From Betaproteobacteria bacterium (GTDB taxonomy: Bacteria; Pseudomonadota; Gammaproteobacteria; Burkholderiales; SG8-41): DNA of 64,000 nucleotides. Below the pieces are notes generated by a model that was given only the letters and a program-made list of their open reading frames with translations, was not told the DNA's origin and searched no databases. The stretch is from the NCBI GenBank assembly GCA_052389535.1, contig JBQTHU010000061.1, positions 15,132-79,131 on the forward strand, written 5' to 3'. A program made the translations under genes and the position numbers. Of the stretch, positions 19,874 to 30,288 are shown one piece after another (the first letter of the stretch is position 1; each line of letters starts with the position of its first letter).

Positions 19874-22800
19874 TCATGCCGCACGCCGCCTTTCGCTGAG
19901 AAATTCCGCGAGCACCTGTGCGGTGTGCGAGCGCGGTCCCGTGCCGGGGCGCGATGGCTTGACGATGTCTTCCGGTGCGCCCATCGCGACGATGCGGCCG
20001 CCGCCGTCACCGCCTTCCGGGCCGAGATCGAAGATCCAGTCGCTTTCGGCGATGATGTCCAGATTGTGCTCGATCACGACCACCGTATTTCCCGCATCGA
20101 CCAGCTGGTGCAGGACGCGGATCAGCTTTTCGACATCCGCCATGTGCAGCCCCACCGTCGGCTCGTCCAGCACGTAAAGCGTCGGCGTTTCCGTGCGAGC
20201 GGTGCGCACTTTCGCGAGTTCGGCGACCAGCTTGATGCGCTGCGCCTCGCCGCCCGAAAGCGTCGGGCTCTGCTGACCCAGCGCGAGATAGCCGAGTCCC
20301 ACTTCTTGCAGCAGCTTCAGGCAGTGATGGATCGAGGGGTGCGCGCTGAAAAACTCGACCGCCTCGTCCACGCTCATCGCCAGCACTTCGCCGATCGATT
20401 TCTCCTTGAACCTGACGCTCAGGGTTTCGGCATCGAAACGCTCACCCCGACACGACTCGCAGAGCACTTTCACATCCGGCAGGAAGCTCATTTCTATCTT
20501 CCGCAGACCCTGGCCTTCGCAGGTCTCGCACCGCCCGCCTTTGGTGTTGAAGGAAAAACGGCTTGCGCCGTAGCCGCGCATGCGCGCCTCAGGCAGCTCG
20601 GAGTAGAGCCTGCGCACGCTATCCCAGAATCCCACGTAAGTGGCGGGACACGAACGCGGCGTTTTGCCGATCGGCGTCTGGTCGACCTCCAGCACGCGCC
20701 CGATGGCCTCCCATCCCGTGACGCCGCTGCATCCCAGAATTTCCGGACTGCGATTGCCCCTTGCTTTTCGATGACGCGCATCCCGTCCGGCCAGCAACTG
20801 CTGGAGGTTGCGGTACAGCACATCCCGCGCAAGAGTTGATTTTCCCGAACCGGACACACCGGTGATCGTGACGAGCCTGCCGAGCGGAATGCCGACATTC
20901 AGGCCCTTGAGGTTGTGCAGCGTGGCTTCCAAGACACTGAGGCAGGCCGTATCCCGCCCCACGGCGCGGCGCGGATGCAGCGGATGCAGCAGCGGGGAGA
21001 CGAGGAATTTCCCGGTGATCGAGTGGGGCTGCCGCACGAGCTCCTGCGCGGAGCCCGACGCGATGACGTGGCCGCCCCGTTTACCGGCGCCGGGCCCGAG
21101 ATCGATGACGTGCGAAGCACGCCGTATGGTTTCCTCGTCGTGTTCCACCACCACCAGCGTGTTTCCCTTTTCCCGCAGGCGCGCCAGGGTTTCGAGCAGG
21201 ACGCGGTTGTCGCGAGCATGAAGACCGATGGTCGGTTCGTCGAGGATGTAGCAAACACCGCGCAGGTTCGATCCGAGTTGTGCCGCAAGCCGTATGCGCT
21301 GTGCCTCGCCGCCCGAAAGCGTCGGCGCGGAGCGATCCAAGGCGAGGTAAGAGAGCCCGACTTCCTCCAGAAAGCCCAGCCGCGAGCGCAGCTCCACGAG
21401 AATGTCGCGTGCAATCTCGGCATCGCGGCCTTCGAGCGCGATATCCCTGAAGAAACCGCTCACGCGCGAGACGGGGAGCGCGGTCAGTTCCGCGATCGAC
21501 AGTCCCTGATAGCGTACCGCGAGCGCCACCCGGTTCAGGCGCTTGCCCTGGCACGCCGGGCACGGCTTCTCGACTTCGAGCCACTCCAGCCATGAATCGA
21601 GCACGTGATCCTCCGTGCCGGTTCGTCGCCGCTCCTCTTCCCACCCGACTTCGTCGAGCGCGAGTCCGGTGCCGTAGCACTCGGCGCACCAGCCATGCTT
21701 GGAGTTGAACGAGAAAAGCCGCGGGTCCGGCTCGGGGAAGCTTGCCCCGCAGGCGCCGCATGCGCGCCTCGTGGAGAACACGGCTTCGCTCATCACGGCG
21801 AGCGACGGGTCGCCTTTCTCCATCGCCTGTGCCAGCGAATCGAGGTTCCCGAGCACGTGCACCATGCCGCGCCCCGCCTCCAGCGCGGTCGCGAGCCCGG
21901 CGCGCAGTGCGCGCTCGTTCTCGGAAACGACGCGTACGTCGGCGACCGGCAGCTCGATGGTGTGCTCCTGAAAGCGCGAAAGCCGCGGCCAGGCGGCCGT
22001 AGTCAGGAATGCCCCGTCCACCCGCAGATGGCTATAGCCGCGACCCGCCGCCCAGCGCGCGAGATCCGTGTAATAGCCTTTGCGTGCGGACACGAGCGGG
22101 GCGAGCAGGCCCACGCGTGCGCCGCGGTAATCGCGCAGGATGCGCGCCGCGATGGCATCTTCGCTCTGGGGCTCGATCGGAACGTTGCAATCCGGACAAT
22201 GCTGGCGTCCCAGCTTCACATAGAGCAGGCGCAGGAAGTGATAGACCTCGGTAAGCGTCGCGACGGTGCTCTTGCGCCCGCCGCGGCTCACCCGCTGCTC
22301 GATCGCCACCGTCGGGGGAATGCCGAAAATGGCGTCGACGTCGGGTCGCGGGGCAGCCTGCACGAACTGCCTTGCGTACGCGTTGAGGGACTCCAGGTAG
22401 CGGCGCTGTCCCTCGGCAAACAGGATGTCGAAGGCGAGCGTCGATTTGCCCGACCCGGACACGCCGGTGATCACCGTGAAGCTGCCGCGCGGCAGCGTCA
22501 CGTCTATGTTCTTGAGGTTGTGCTCGCGCGCGTTATGTATATGAATGGCGTGGTTGGCAGAACGCGCGGTCGCCCCTATACCGTGTATGCGAGCCGCCTT
22601 CCTTTCTGCTGCGTGTGGGCTGCTCGTCAGCGCATGCTCGTAGTCGCGCAACGCCGCGCCGGTATGCGAGCGTGGGCTCGACTTCACCGCCTCGCGCGTG
22701 CCGGCGCACACCAGTTCGCCGCCGGCATCGCCGCCTTCGGGCCCCAGATCGACGATCCAGTCTGCGCTGCGCACCACGTCGAGATTATGCTCGATGACGA

Positions 22801-25543
22801 CCAGCGAATTCCCGGCCGCGACCAGCTGGCGGAAGGCCTGCAGCAGCTTGCTCACGTCGTCGAAGTGCAGACCCGTCGTGGGCTCATCGAAGAGGAACAG
22901 CAGGCCGCCGGGTGCCGTCTTCGCCGGACCGCTGGCCGGCCTGATGATATCTCTGCGCGTCGGTGTTGTCGCCGCGAGGTGGCCCGCAAGCTTGAGCCGC
23001 TGCGCCTCTCCGCCTGACAGGGTCGGCACCGGCTGGCCCAGCCGCAGATAGTCGAGGCCCACGTCGGCGAGCGGCTGCAGGGCATGCAGCACCTGCGGCT
23101 CGGAGGCGAAAACGGCAAGTGCCTCGTTCACGGTCAGGTCGAGCACGTCGGCAATGGAGCGCCCGTCGATCGCAAGCTCCAGGATCTCGCGGCGATAGCG
23201 GCGGCCGTCGCAATCGGGGCAGCGCAGGTAGACGTCGGAGAGAAACTGCATCTCGACGTGCTCGAAGCCGTTGCCGCCGCAGGCCGGACAGCGACCGTTT
23301 CCCGAGTTGAAGCTGAAGGTGCCGGCGCTGTATCCGCGCTCGCGTGCAAGCGGCAACGCGGCGTAGAGGTTACGTATCGCATCCAAGGCGCCAACATAGC
23401 TCGCCGGCGTGGAGCGCGTGGTGCGGCCGATCGGCGATTGATCCACCAGCACGACGTCCGTCACATGCTCGTGACCCCGCAGTCCGCGGTGAAGACCGGG
23501 TGTCTCGGTAGGCCTGCCCTTTGCCCGCAGGAGCGCCGGGTACAGCACGTCCTGGACCAGCGTGGACTTTCCCGATCCGGATACGCCGGTGATGCAGACG
23601 AGGCATCCCAGCGGAATGGCGACGTCGATGCCCTTGAGGTTGTGATGCGCAGCCCCCAGCACCTGGAGCGCGCGGCCGCTCGGTACGGTCTTGGCTGTCA
23701 TCGCGTCCGCACCGGCGCGCCGCCGTCCGGAAAGATAATCCGCCGTGAGCGTGCGCGTTCTCTTGAGCTCCTCCGGCGTGCCGAAGTGGACCACTTCGCC
23801 GCCGCGCGCGCCGGGTCCCGGGCCCATGTCGAGCACGCGATCGGCTTCGAGCATGACCTGCGGATCGTGCTCGACGACGACCAGCGTATTGCCGGCATCG
23901 CGCAGCCGGTGCATGACCTCCACCACGCGGCCCATGTCACGCGGATGGAGACCGATCGAGGGCTCGTCCAGCACGAACAGCGTATTGACGAGCGACGTGC
24001 CGAGCGCGGTGGTGAGATTGATGCGTTGCACTTCGCCGCCGGACAGCGTGCGCGACTGCCGGTCGAGCGTGAGGTAACCGAGCCCTACCGTCGCGAGGTA
24101 AGCGAGCCGCGTTCTCACTTCCTTCACCAGCAGGACGGTGGCCTCGTCGTTCGCGACGCCGCCCAGGCGGTCGATGAATGCGCGGCAGCGCTCGATGGGC
24201 AACAGCATGAGGTCGTGCAGCGTAAGGCCCGGCAGCCGCTCGAGCACCGTCGTGTCGAACCGCGCGCCATGCGGCATGAACCGGGTGCGTCCGCCGAGCG
24301 CGCGATCCGCATCTTCCCGCGTCCCGAGCCGCCAGTACAGCGCCTGCGGCTGCAATCGGGCGCCGCCGCAGGTATCGCACAACGTATACGCGCGATACTT
24401 CGAGAGCAGCACGCGGATGTGCATTTTGTAGGCCTTGGTTTCCAGCCACTGGAAAAAGCGCCTCACGCCGTACCAGATGCCCGGCCAGGACTTGCGCCAG
24501 CTCAGCCAGTCGTTCTCGCCTTCCAGAACCCACTGGCGTTGCTCCGCCGTGAGGTCGCGCCACGGCGTGTCGAGCGGTATGCCTCTTTTCTTCGCGTACT
24601 GAACGAGGTCGTCCTGGCATTCGCTGTTGCTTGCCGTCTGCCAGGGTCGTATCGCGCCGCCGCGCAGCGTCCTGCTCTCATCCGGCACCACCAGGCCGAA
24701 ATCGATGCCGATCACACGGCCGAAGCCCCGGCAGGTGTCGCAGGCGCCGATCGGGGAATTGAACGAAAAGGCGCTCGGCGTCGGATCGCGATAGTGGATA
24801 TCGCAATCCGCGCAGTGCAGGTCGGACGAAAAGCGCCAGACATGAGCGCCGTCCTCCACGTGGATGTTGAGCCGTCCCTGGCCGATTTTCAGCGCGGTTT
24901 CGTACGCTTCCATCAAGCGCGCGCGGTCCGCAGATCCGGCACGCAGTCGGTCCTGAACGACTTCCAGCGCGTTGCGCTCCTCGCGCACGAAGCGCGTATA
25001 GCCTTGCGCGGCGAGCAACCCCTTCACTTCCTCGGTTGAAAAGTTCTTCGGTACCGGCACCGGAAATCCAATGGTGAGCCGCGGATCGCCGCCCTCGTGG
25101 GCCCGGCGCTTCACTTCCTCGTATAGCGACTCCGGCGTGTCGCGCCGTACCGGCATGCCGCAGCCGCTGCAGTAGAGACGGGCGCTCCGCGCGTAGAGCA
25201 GCTTGAGGTGATCGTTGAGCTCGGTCATGGTGCCCACCGTCGATCGCGACGTGCGCACCGGGTTTACCTGGTCGATTGCGATCGCGGGCGGGACGCCTTC
25301 GATCGCGTCCACCTGGGGCTTGTCCATGCGATCGAGAAACTGCCGGGCGTACGGCGAAAAGGTTTCCACGTAACGCCGCTGCCCTTCCGCGTAGAGCGTG
25401 TCGAACACGAGCGAAGACTTGCCGGAGCCGGAAACGCCGGTTACGACAATCAGCTCGTTGGTGGGCAACTCAAGGGTCAGGTTCTTGAGATTGTTCTGGC
25501 GGGCGCCGCGGATGAGGATGGATTCTTTGGGGAAACGCGGCAT
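19874..25543 (-). CDS. uvrA: Double-length excinuclease ABC subunit A (tandem UvrA, four ABC domains, about 1889 aa)
   Basis: Four GVSGSGKS Walker A, four LSGGExQR signatures, four DEP(S/T)xGLH Walker B, several CxxC zinc fingers. Confidence 0.93.
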   Translation of the reverse strand: MPRFPKESILIRGARQNNLKNLTLELPTNELIVVTGVSGSGKSSLVFDTLYAEGQRRYVETFSPYARQFLDRMDKPQVDAIEGVPPAIAIDQVNPVRTSRSTVGTMTELNDHLKLLYARSARLYCSGCGMPVRRDTPESLYEEVKRRAHEGGDPRLTIGFPVPVPKNFSTEEVKGLLAAQGYTRFVREERNALEVVQDRLRAGSADRARLMEAYETALKIGQGRLNIHVEDGAHVWRFSSDLHCADCDIHYRDPTPSAFSFNSPIGACDTCRGFGRVIGIDFGLVVPDESRTLRGGAIRPWQTASNSECQDDLVQYAKKRGIPLDTPWRDLTAEQRQWVLEGENDWLSWRKSWPGIWYGVRRFFQWLETKAYKMHIRVLLSKYRAYTLCDTCGGARLQPQALYWRLGTREDADRALGGRTRFMPHGARFDTTVLERLPGLTLHDLMLLPIERCRAFIDRLGGVANDEATVLLVKEVRTRLAYLATVGLGYLTLDRQSRTLSGGEVQRINLTTALGTSLVNTLFVLDEPSIGLHPRDMGRVVEVMHRLRDAGNTLVVVEHDPQVMLEADRVLDMGPGPGARGGEVVHFGTPEELKRTRTLTADYLSGRRRAGADAMTAKTVPSGRALQVLGAAHHNLKGIDVAIPLGCLVCITGVSGSGKSTLVQDVLYPALLRAKGRPTETPGLHRGLRGHEHVTDVVLVDQSPIGRTTRSTPASYVGALDAIRNLYAALPLARERGYSAGTFSFNSGNGRCPACGGNGFEHVEMQFLSDVYLRCPDCDGRRYRREILELAIDGRSIADVLDLTVNEALAVFASEPQVLHALQPLADVGLDYLRLGQPVPTLSGGEAQRLKLAGHLAATTPTRRDIIRPASGPAKTAPGGLLFLFDEPTTGLHFDDVSKLLQAFRQLVAAGNSLVVIEHNLDVVRSADWIVDLGPEGGDAGGELVCAGTREAVKSSPRSHTGAALRDYEHALTSSPHAAERKAARIHGIGATARSANHAIHIHNAREHNLKNIDVTLPRGSFTVITGVSGSGKSTLAFDILFAEGQRRYLESLNAYARQFVQAAPRPDVDAIFGIPPTVAIEQRVSRGGRKSTVATLTEVYHFLRLLYVKLGRQHCPDCNVPIEPQSEDAIAARILRDYRGARVGLLAPLVSARKGYYTDLARWAAGRGYSHLRVDGAFLTTAAWPRLSRFQEHTIELPVADVRVVSENERALRAGLATALEAGRGMVHVLGNLDSLAQAMEKGDPSLAVMSEAVFSTRRACGACGASFPEPDPRLFSFNSKHGWCAECYGTGLALDEVGWEEERRRTGTEDHVLDSWLEWLEVEKPCPACQGKRLNRVALAVRYQGLSIAELTALPVSRVSGFFRDIALEGRDAEIARDILVELRSRLGFLEEVGLSYLALDRSAPTLSGGEAQRIRLAAQLGSNLRGVCYILDEPTIGLHARDNRVLLETLARLREKGNTLVVVEHDEETIRRASHVIDLGPGAGKRGGHVIASGSAQELVRQPHSITGKFLVSPLLHPLHPRRAVGRDTACLSVLEATLHNLKGLNVGIPLGRLVTITGVSGSGKSTLARDVLYRNLQQLLAGRDARHRKARGNRSPEILGCSGVTGWEAIGRVLEVDQTPIGKTPRSCPATYVGFWDSVRRLYSELPEARMRGYGASRFSFNTKGGRCETCEGQGLRKIEMSFLPDVKVLCESCRGERFDAETLSVRFKEKSIGEVLAMSVDEAVEFFSAHPSIHHCLKLLQEVGLGYLALGQQSPTLSGGEAQRIKLVAELAKVRTARTETPTLYVLDEPTVGLHMADVEKLIRVLHQLVDAGNTVVVIEHNLDIIAESDWIFDLGPEGGDGGGRIVAMGAPEDIVKPSRPGTGPRSHTAQVLAEFLSERRRAA

Positions 25544-25664
25544 CGGAAGGGCGAGGTGACGGCGTGCGGCAAAGTCCGCTATTTTACTGCAGCGCGACGA
25601 TGAGCAGCCGCGCAAAGCACAACGGTGCAGCATCGGCTGCCCCGCGGCGGTCAGCGTGCCGTCC

Positions 25665-27872
25665 TTAAGCGGACTTCAACGCCGCCAGGACCTTGTCCGG
25701 CGTGAACGGCACCGAGCGCATGCGCACGCCGACCGCATCGTAGATCGCGTTGGCAATGGCGGAAGGCACCACGGCGGCGGCGGGCTCGCCCGCTCCCCAT
25801 GGTCGCTCGGTGGGCCGATCGATGAGATCCATCACGACATCGGGCACATCGGGGAAGGTCAGGATGGGATAGCTCTTCCAGTCGAGGCTGGTGACGCGTG
25901 CGCTGTCCCACTGCAGGTCCTCGATCAGCGTGCGTGACACCGTCTGCACGATATTGCCCTCGATCTGATTTTTGAGCCCGTCCGGGTTGATGATCTGGCC
26001 GCAGTCGTGCGCGACGTAAAAGCGGTCCACCGCCACCTTGCCGGTCTTCCGGTTCACCGTCACGTCGGCCACGACGCCGACGTAGGTGCGCACCAATTCG
26101 TACTTGATGTACGACATGCCGCGCCCTTTCGCGATGTCCCCCGCCTGCCTGGAGGGGGCTTTGCGCGGCTGCCAGTTCGCCAGCTTCACCAGCCGGTCGA
26201 GCATCTCCAGCCCGCGCGCATCCTTGAGATAACGCCGGCGATACTCGATGGGATCGGCATTCGCGGCCGCCGCGCATTCGTCCATGAAGCACTCGTTGGC
26301 ATACGTGTTCTGCATCCTGCCGGGCGTGCGTATCCATGAGGGCCGGAACGGCGTCTCGGCGAGCCAGCGCGCGGTCGATCGAATGTTGGGCACGCCATAG
26401 GGAATCGCCATCCCCTGATGGATGTTTCCGGGGAAAGCGTCGTCTTTCGGCAAGCCCGCGTGCTCGGCCGTGGTGAGCGTGACCGCAAAAGGCTTCGCAC
26501 GGTCGGGCGCAAACAGCTCGCCTTCCCACGCGATCAGGTTGCCGTTCGCGTCCAGCGCCGCACGGTGCTGAATCAGCGTGGGCGGCCCCTTGGGGTCCCA
26601 GCCGTGCTCGTCGGCGCGGCTCCACTGCACCCGCACCGGCTTGCCGAGTTCACGGGCGATGAGTGCGGCATCGGCGGCCGCGTCTTCATGACCGTTGCGG
26701 CCGTAGCAGCCGGCGCCTTCAAGATACGAGCAGCGGATGTCTTCGGGCTTCATGGCGAGCATGTTGGCGAGCTGCTTGCGCAGGGTATGCGTCGCCTGCG
26801 AAGCGGTCCATACCCGCAGCTCGCCGTCCCGGTAGTCGGCGACCGCGCACGATGGCCCGATCGAGCCGTGCGTATGAACGGCGAAGTCGTAGGTGGCCGC
26901 GAGCCGGCGCGCCGCGCCCTTCATCGCCTCGGCGCTGTCGCCGGCCTTCTGCAATTCTTCCTCCTTCGCCACCTTGCTCTTGCGCACGTAGTCCCACAGC
27001 GTCGCCTTGTCGGGCAGTCCGCGCCAGTCGGACCAGCCGGTTCTCAGCGCTTCCGCAGCTTTGACAGCACCCCATTCGCTGCGCGCGACCACCGCGACGA
27101 AGTTGCCTTTGCGCACGCTGGTGACGTAGCCGGGCACCTGCTTTGCCGCCGAATCATCCACCGATTGCAGCGTAGCCTTCATCGCCGCCGGATGCACCAC
27201 GCGCGCATGCAGCATCCCCTTCAACTTGAAGTCGTGCATGTAGGTGAAGCGACCGGTTACCTTGTCCGGGATATCGAAGCGCGGGACGGACTGGCCGACG
27301 ATGGTATAGGTCGTCGGCGACTTGATCGGCGCCTTGGGATCGACTTTCATCTCGAACTGCTTGCCGCCGATCAGCTCGGCGTAGGAAATCCCTCTCTCGG
27401 ATCCGAGCACCATGACGCGCCCGTCCTTGGCGTAGAGATCCTTCTTCGGCGATTTGACTTGCGCTTCCGCTCGCTCGACGAGCGTTTCGCGCGCCGTGGC
27501 GCACGCCTGCCGGATCTGCATGCCGCCCGCCTGGATCGTGAGGCTGCCCCAGGTGATGCCCTGATCGGGCGTGAGCGCCGTGTCACCCTGGATGAGCGTC
27601 ACTTTCTCGAGTGGCACGCACAGCTCCTCGGCAGCCATCTGTGTGAGCGCGGTCTGGACGCCGGTTCCGAGGTCCACCTTGCCCGAGTACACGGTAACGT
27701 TGCCCTTGCCGTCGATGGCGATGAAGCCGTCCACCTGGTCGGTGGCGACGGTTCTTGCGGCGGCGCCTTTCCTGGCTGCGGCGCCGGCGAGCGGGCTGGT
27801 CGCGCCGAATACCACCACCAGTGCACCGGACGTTTTCAAGAAATCCCGGCGGGAAAATTTTTCCATCAACAT
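25665..27872 (-). CDS. Xanthine dehydrogenase family molybdopterin-binding subunit (IorB/NicB-like) with Tat signal
   Basis: SRRDFLK twin-arginine; GKVDLGTG, GCYGRNG, QIEG, GAGEP. Confidence 0.9.
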   Translation of the reverse strand: MLMEKFSRRDFLKTSGALVVVFGATSPLAGAAARKGAAARTVATDQVDGFIAIDGKGNVTVYSGKVDLGTGVQTALTQMAAEELCVPLEKVTLIQGDTALTPDQGITWGSLTIQAGGMQIRQACATARETLVERAEAQVKSPKKDLYAKDGRVMVLGSERGISYAELIGGKQFEMKVDPKAPIKSPTTYTIVGQSVPRFDIPDKVTGRFTYMHDFKLKGMLHARVVHPAAMKATLQSVDDSAAKQVPGYVTSVRKGNFVAVVARSEWGAVKAAEALRTGWSDWRGLPDKATLWDYVRKSKVAKEEELQKAGDSAEAMKGAARRLAATYDFAVHTHGSIGPSCAVADYRDGELRVWTASQATHTLRKQLANMLAMKPEDIRCSYLEGAGCYGRNGHEDAAADAALIARELGKPVRVQWSRADEHGWDPKGPPTLIQHRAALDANGNLIAWEGELFAPDRAKPFAVTLTTAEHAGLPKDDAFPGNIHQGMAIPYGVPNIRSTARWLAETPFRPSWIRTPGRMQNTYANECFMDECAAAANADPIEYRRRYLKDARGLEMLDRLVKLANWQPRKAPSRQAGDIAKGRGMSYIKYELVRTYVGVVADVTVNRKTGKVAVDRFYVAHDCGQIINPDGLKNQIEGNIVQTVSRTLIEDLQWDSARVTSLDWKSYPILTFPDVPDVVMDLIDRPTERPWGAGEPAAAVVPSAIANAIYDAVGVRMRSVPFTPDKVLAALKSA

Positions 27873-27884
27873 GGTTTTCTCCCT

Positions 27885-28355
27885 CTATGCCATCGATTCG
27901 GAGGCACGCTTGACCGCGCGCACGATGCGTACATGGGTCCCGCAGCGGCAGAGATTGCCGGCGAGCGCCTGCTTGATTTCGGCCTCCGTGGGACGCTTGT
28001 TCTCCTTGAGGAAGGCCGCCGCCTGCATGATCATGCCGTTGATACAGTAGCCGCACTGCACGGCCTGCTCCTCGATGAAAGCCTTCTGCAGCGGATGCGG
28101 CTGCTTTGCTGTGCCGATTCCTTCCAGCGTGACGATCGTTTTTCCCGCAGCCTGGGACACGGGATAGGTGCACGACCGGACCGCTTTGCCATCGACGTGC
28201 ACGGTGCACGCGCCGCACTGCGCCAGTCCGCAGCCGTAACGCGGTCCGTGTAGATCCAGGTCGTTACGCAGCGCATACAGCAACGGCATTTGCGCATCGT
28301 CTACGCGGACCTGGTGGGAACGCCCGTTGACGCGCAGGGTCATGGTGTTGGCCAT
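27885..28355 (-). CDS. (2Fe-2S)-binding small subunit (IorA/NicA-like)
   Basis: GCGLAQCGAC...C, QCGYC, NLCRC; GGAGGAG RBS. Confidence 0.92.
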   Translation of the reverse strand: MANTMTLRVNGRSHQVRVDDAQMPLLYALRNDLDLHGPRYGCGLAQCGACTVHVDGKAVRSCTYPVSQAAGKTIVTLEGIGTAKQPHPLQKAFIEEQAVQCGYCINGMIMQAAAFLKENKRPTEAEIKQALAGNLCRCGTHVRIVRAVKRASESMA

Positions 28356-28475
28356 AGTCTCCTCCCTGAGATTGGCGGTGGCAGGCCAATTTATGCCTCT
28401 CCCATGACCTTGGCAAGGGACGGCCATCCTGGCCGGCTGGTATAAGATGCCTCACCTCACGAAAAGGAGGGCTCG

Positions 28476-29507
28476 ATGAAAGCGATGGTGCTCAAGGCGG
28501 CCGACACGCCGCTGGTGCTCGAGACGGTCCCTGATCCGGTTCCCGGACCCGGCGAGGCGGTTGCGAAAGTGCTCGCCTGCGGGGCCGGGCTCACCATACA
28601 CCATGCCCGCGCCGGCCGCGTGCCGGTCGGCTACCCCCGCATACTGGGTCATGAGATCGCAGGGGAGATCGTGGCCGTGGGTTCCGGCGTCGATCGGCTC
28701 AAGCCCGGCGACCCGGTCACGGCGTACTTCTACCTCACCTGCGGGCGCTGTCACTGGTGCCGTATCGACCGCGAGACGCTGTGCGAGAACTTCGGCGGCT
28801 ATGTCGGCCGCGAGATCGACGGCGGCTACGCCGAGTACATCAAGCTTCCGGCCCGAAACTTTCTGAAGCTGCCGCCCGGGCTGGACTGGCGCAAGCACGC
28901 GGCAGAGGTCGGCGTGATCTGCGATGCGATTGCGACTCCGATCAAGGTGATACGCAGAGCGCGCGTTGCGGCGAGCGATACCGTGGCTGTCTTTGGCGCC
29001 GGCGGCGGCCTCGGCGTGCACATGCTCATGGTCGCCCGGTGGGCGCATGCGCGCAAGGTGATCGCGGTCGATATCATGGCCACGAAGTTCGAGACCTGCC
29101 TCAAGTGGGGCGCCGACGCCACGGTGGACGCCTCGGACGGGAACGTGGCGGACCGGTTGCGTGAGCTTACGGGCGGCAAGGGCGTGGACGTGGCGATCGA
29201 TTTCGTGTCCAGCAGCGCGACGCTGGAAGCGGCGCTGGGTGCGCTCGGCAGGGGCGGGCGGCTGGTCACGCTCGGTGGACACGGCGCGTCTTTCAAGGTG
29301 ACGCCGGGGATGCTGTTGCGCAGCGAGCTGGAAATCCTGGGCAGCCGCTACGCCACGAGACAGGAGGTCCTGGATTCGCTGGATCTCGTTGCGCGCGGTG
29401 AAATATGGCCGCTCGTGACCGAAGCAGTGCCGCTCGCACAGGCCGAGGCGATACACCAGCGGCTCGACAAGGGATTGATAACCGGCCGGGCGGCGCTGCT
29501 GATGTAG
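28476..29507 (+). CDS. Zinc-binding MDR alcohol dehydrogenase family protein
   Basis: GHE motif, structural Zn CGRCHWC...C, GAGGGLG Rossmann motif; AGGAGG RBS. Confidence 0.88.
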   Translation: MKAMVLKAADTPLVLETVPDPVPGPGEAVAKVLACGAGLTIHHARAGRVPVGYPRILGHEIAGEIVAVGSGVDRLKPGDPVTAYFYLTCGRCHWCRIDRETLCENFGGYVGREIDGGYAEYIKLPARNFLKLPPGLDWRKHAAEVGVICDAIATPIKVIRRARVAASDTVAVFGAGGGLGVHMLMVARWAHARKVIAVDIMATKFETCLKWGADATVDASDGNVADRLRELTGGKGVDVAIDFVSSSATLEAALGALGRGGRLVTLGGHGASFKVTPGMLLRSELEILGSRYATRQEVLDSLDLVARGEIWPLVTEAVPLAQAEAIHQRLDKGLITGRAALLM

Positions 29508-29608
29508 TCCGCGGTAGATCAGCTGGTGGTGCAGAAGCTGGCGAACCGGACGCGCCGTCTTATCCGACCTGCTCCAGCCGCGATGTGAGGCGTCGGTGTT
29601 CGATGCGG

Positions 29609-30151
29609 TCAGGAACCGCTCAGGACGCTGATCCGGTTGTTGACCGATCTCACGCCTTCCACGTCCGCCGCCGCACGCCCCGCTTTCTCGCGCGTATCGA
29701 CGTTGTCGGCGGTCCCTGACAGGGTCACTATGCCGTTCGAGACGCTGACGTTGAACATCAGCGCGGAGAGCGGTTGCGCGAGCACCGCGGTCTTGACCCG
29801 GCTTGCGAGGTCGGCATCGCTCGCCGGACGCGAGGACGGCTTCCCGGCCGCAGGGGGCTGCTTGGGTAGCGCGGGCCTGGGCTCAGGCTGCGCGGCCGGC
29901 TGTGTGGCGGAAGGCGCAACCGGCGTTTCGGGCTGGGCGCGGGCCTGTGCGACGAGCGCTTCCACCGTGGGCGGCTGCGCTCGCGCTTCGCCTCGCTGCG
30001 CCCCGGTTTTCGAGACCGGGCTCATCTGCAGATCGGCCTGGACGACGGGCACGCTCGAAGAGGTCCCGGAGTCGCATGCGGACAGCAGTATGATCAGCGC
30101 GCCTGCCGTTACGGCGCCCGTCCGCTTATGTCTGACACGAACATTGCTCAT
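29609..30151 (-). CDS. BON domain lipoprotein with Pro/Ala/Gln-rich linker
   Basis: Lipobox LSAC; DADLASRVK...VTLSG...[11 protein letters not shown]. Confidence 0.85.
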   Translation of the reverse strand: MSNVRVRHKRTGAVTAGALIILLSACDSGTSSSVPVVQADLQMSPVSKTGAQRGEARAQPPTVEALVAQARAQPETPVAPSATQPAAQPEPRPALPKQPPAAGKPSSRPASDADLASRVKTAVLAQPLSALMFNVSVSNGIVTLSGTADNVDTREKAGRAAADVEGVRSVNNRISVLSGS

Positions 30152-30288
30152 GGCTGCTCCTGAATGTCATAGGGTTGAGATTAGAGCGCCCCTGTACCGG
30201 AAGATTCAGCGGGCCGCATGCGACGCCGGCTCGACGGCTGCGACAGCGCTGCGCGTTTGCGCTATCCTCGCCAGTTTGCAGGCGCGTC

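Noticed and set aside
23084-25039. Long 651-aa ORF on the + strand (and similar long ORFs at 26418-28253 +, 30262-31656 -, 32280-33683 -, 58727-60535 -, 60367-61935 -)
   Set aside because: Antisense shadows of well-supported genes, expected from codon bias in GC-rich DNA; no recognisable motifs
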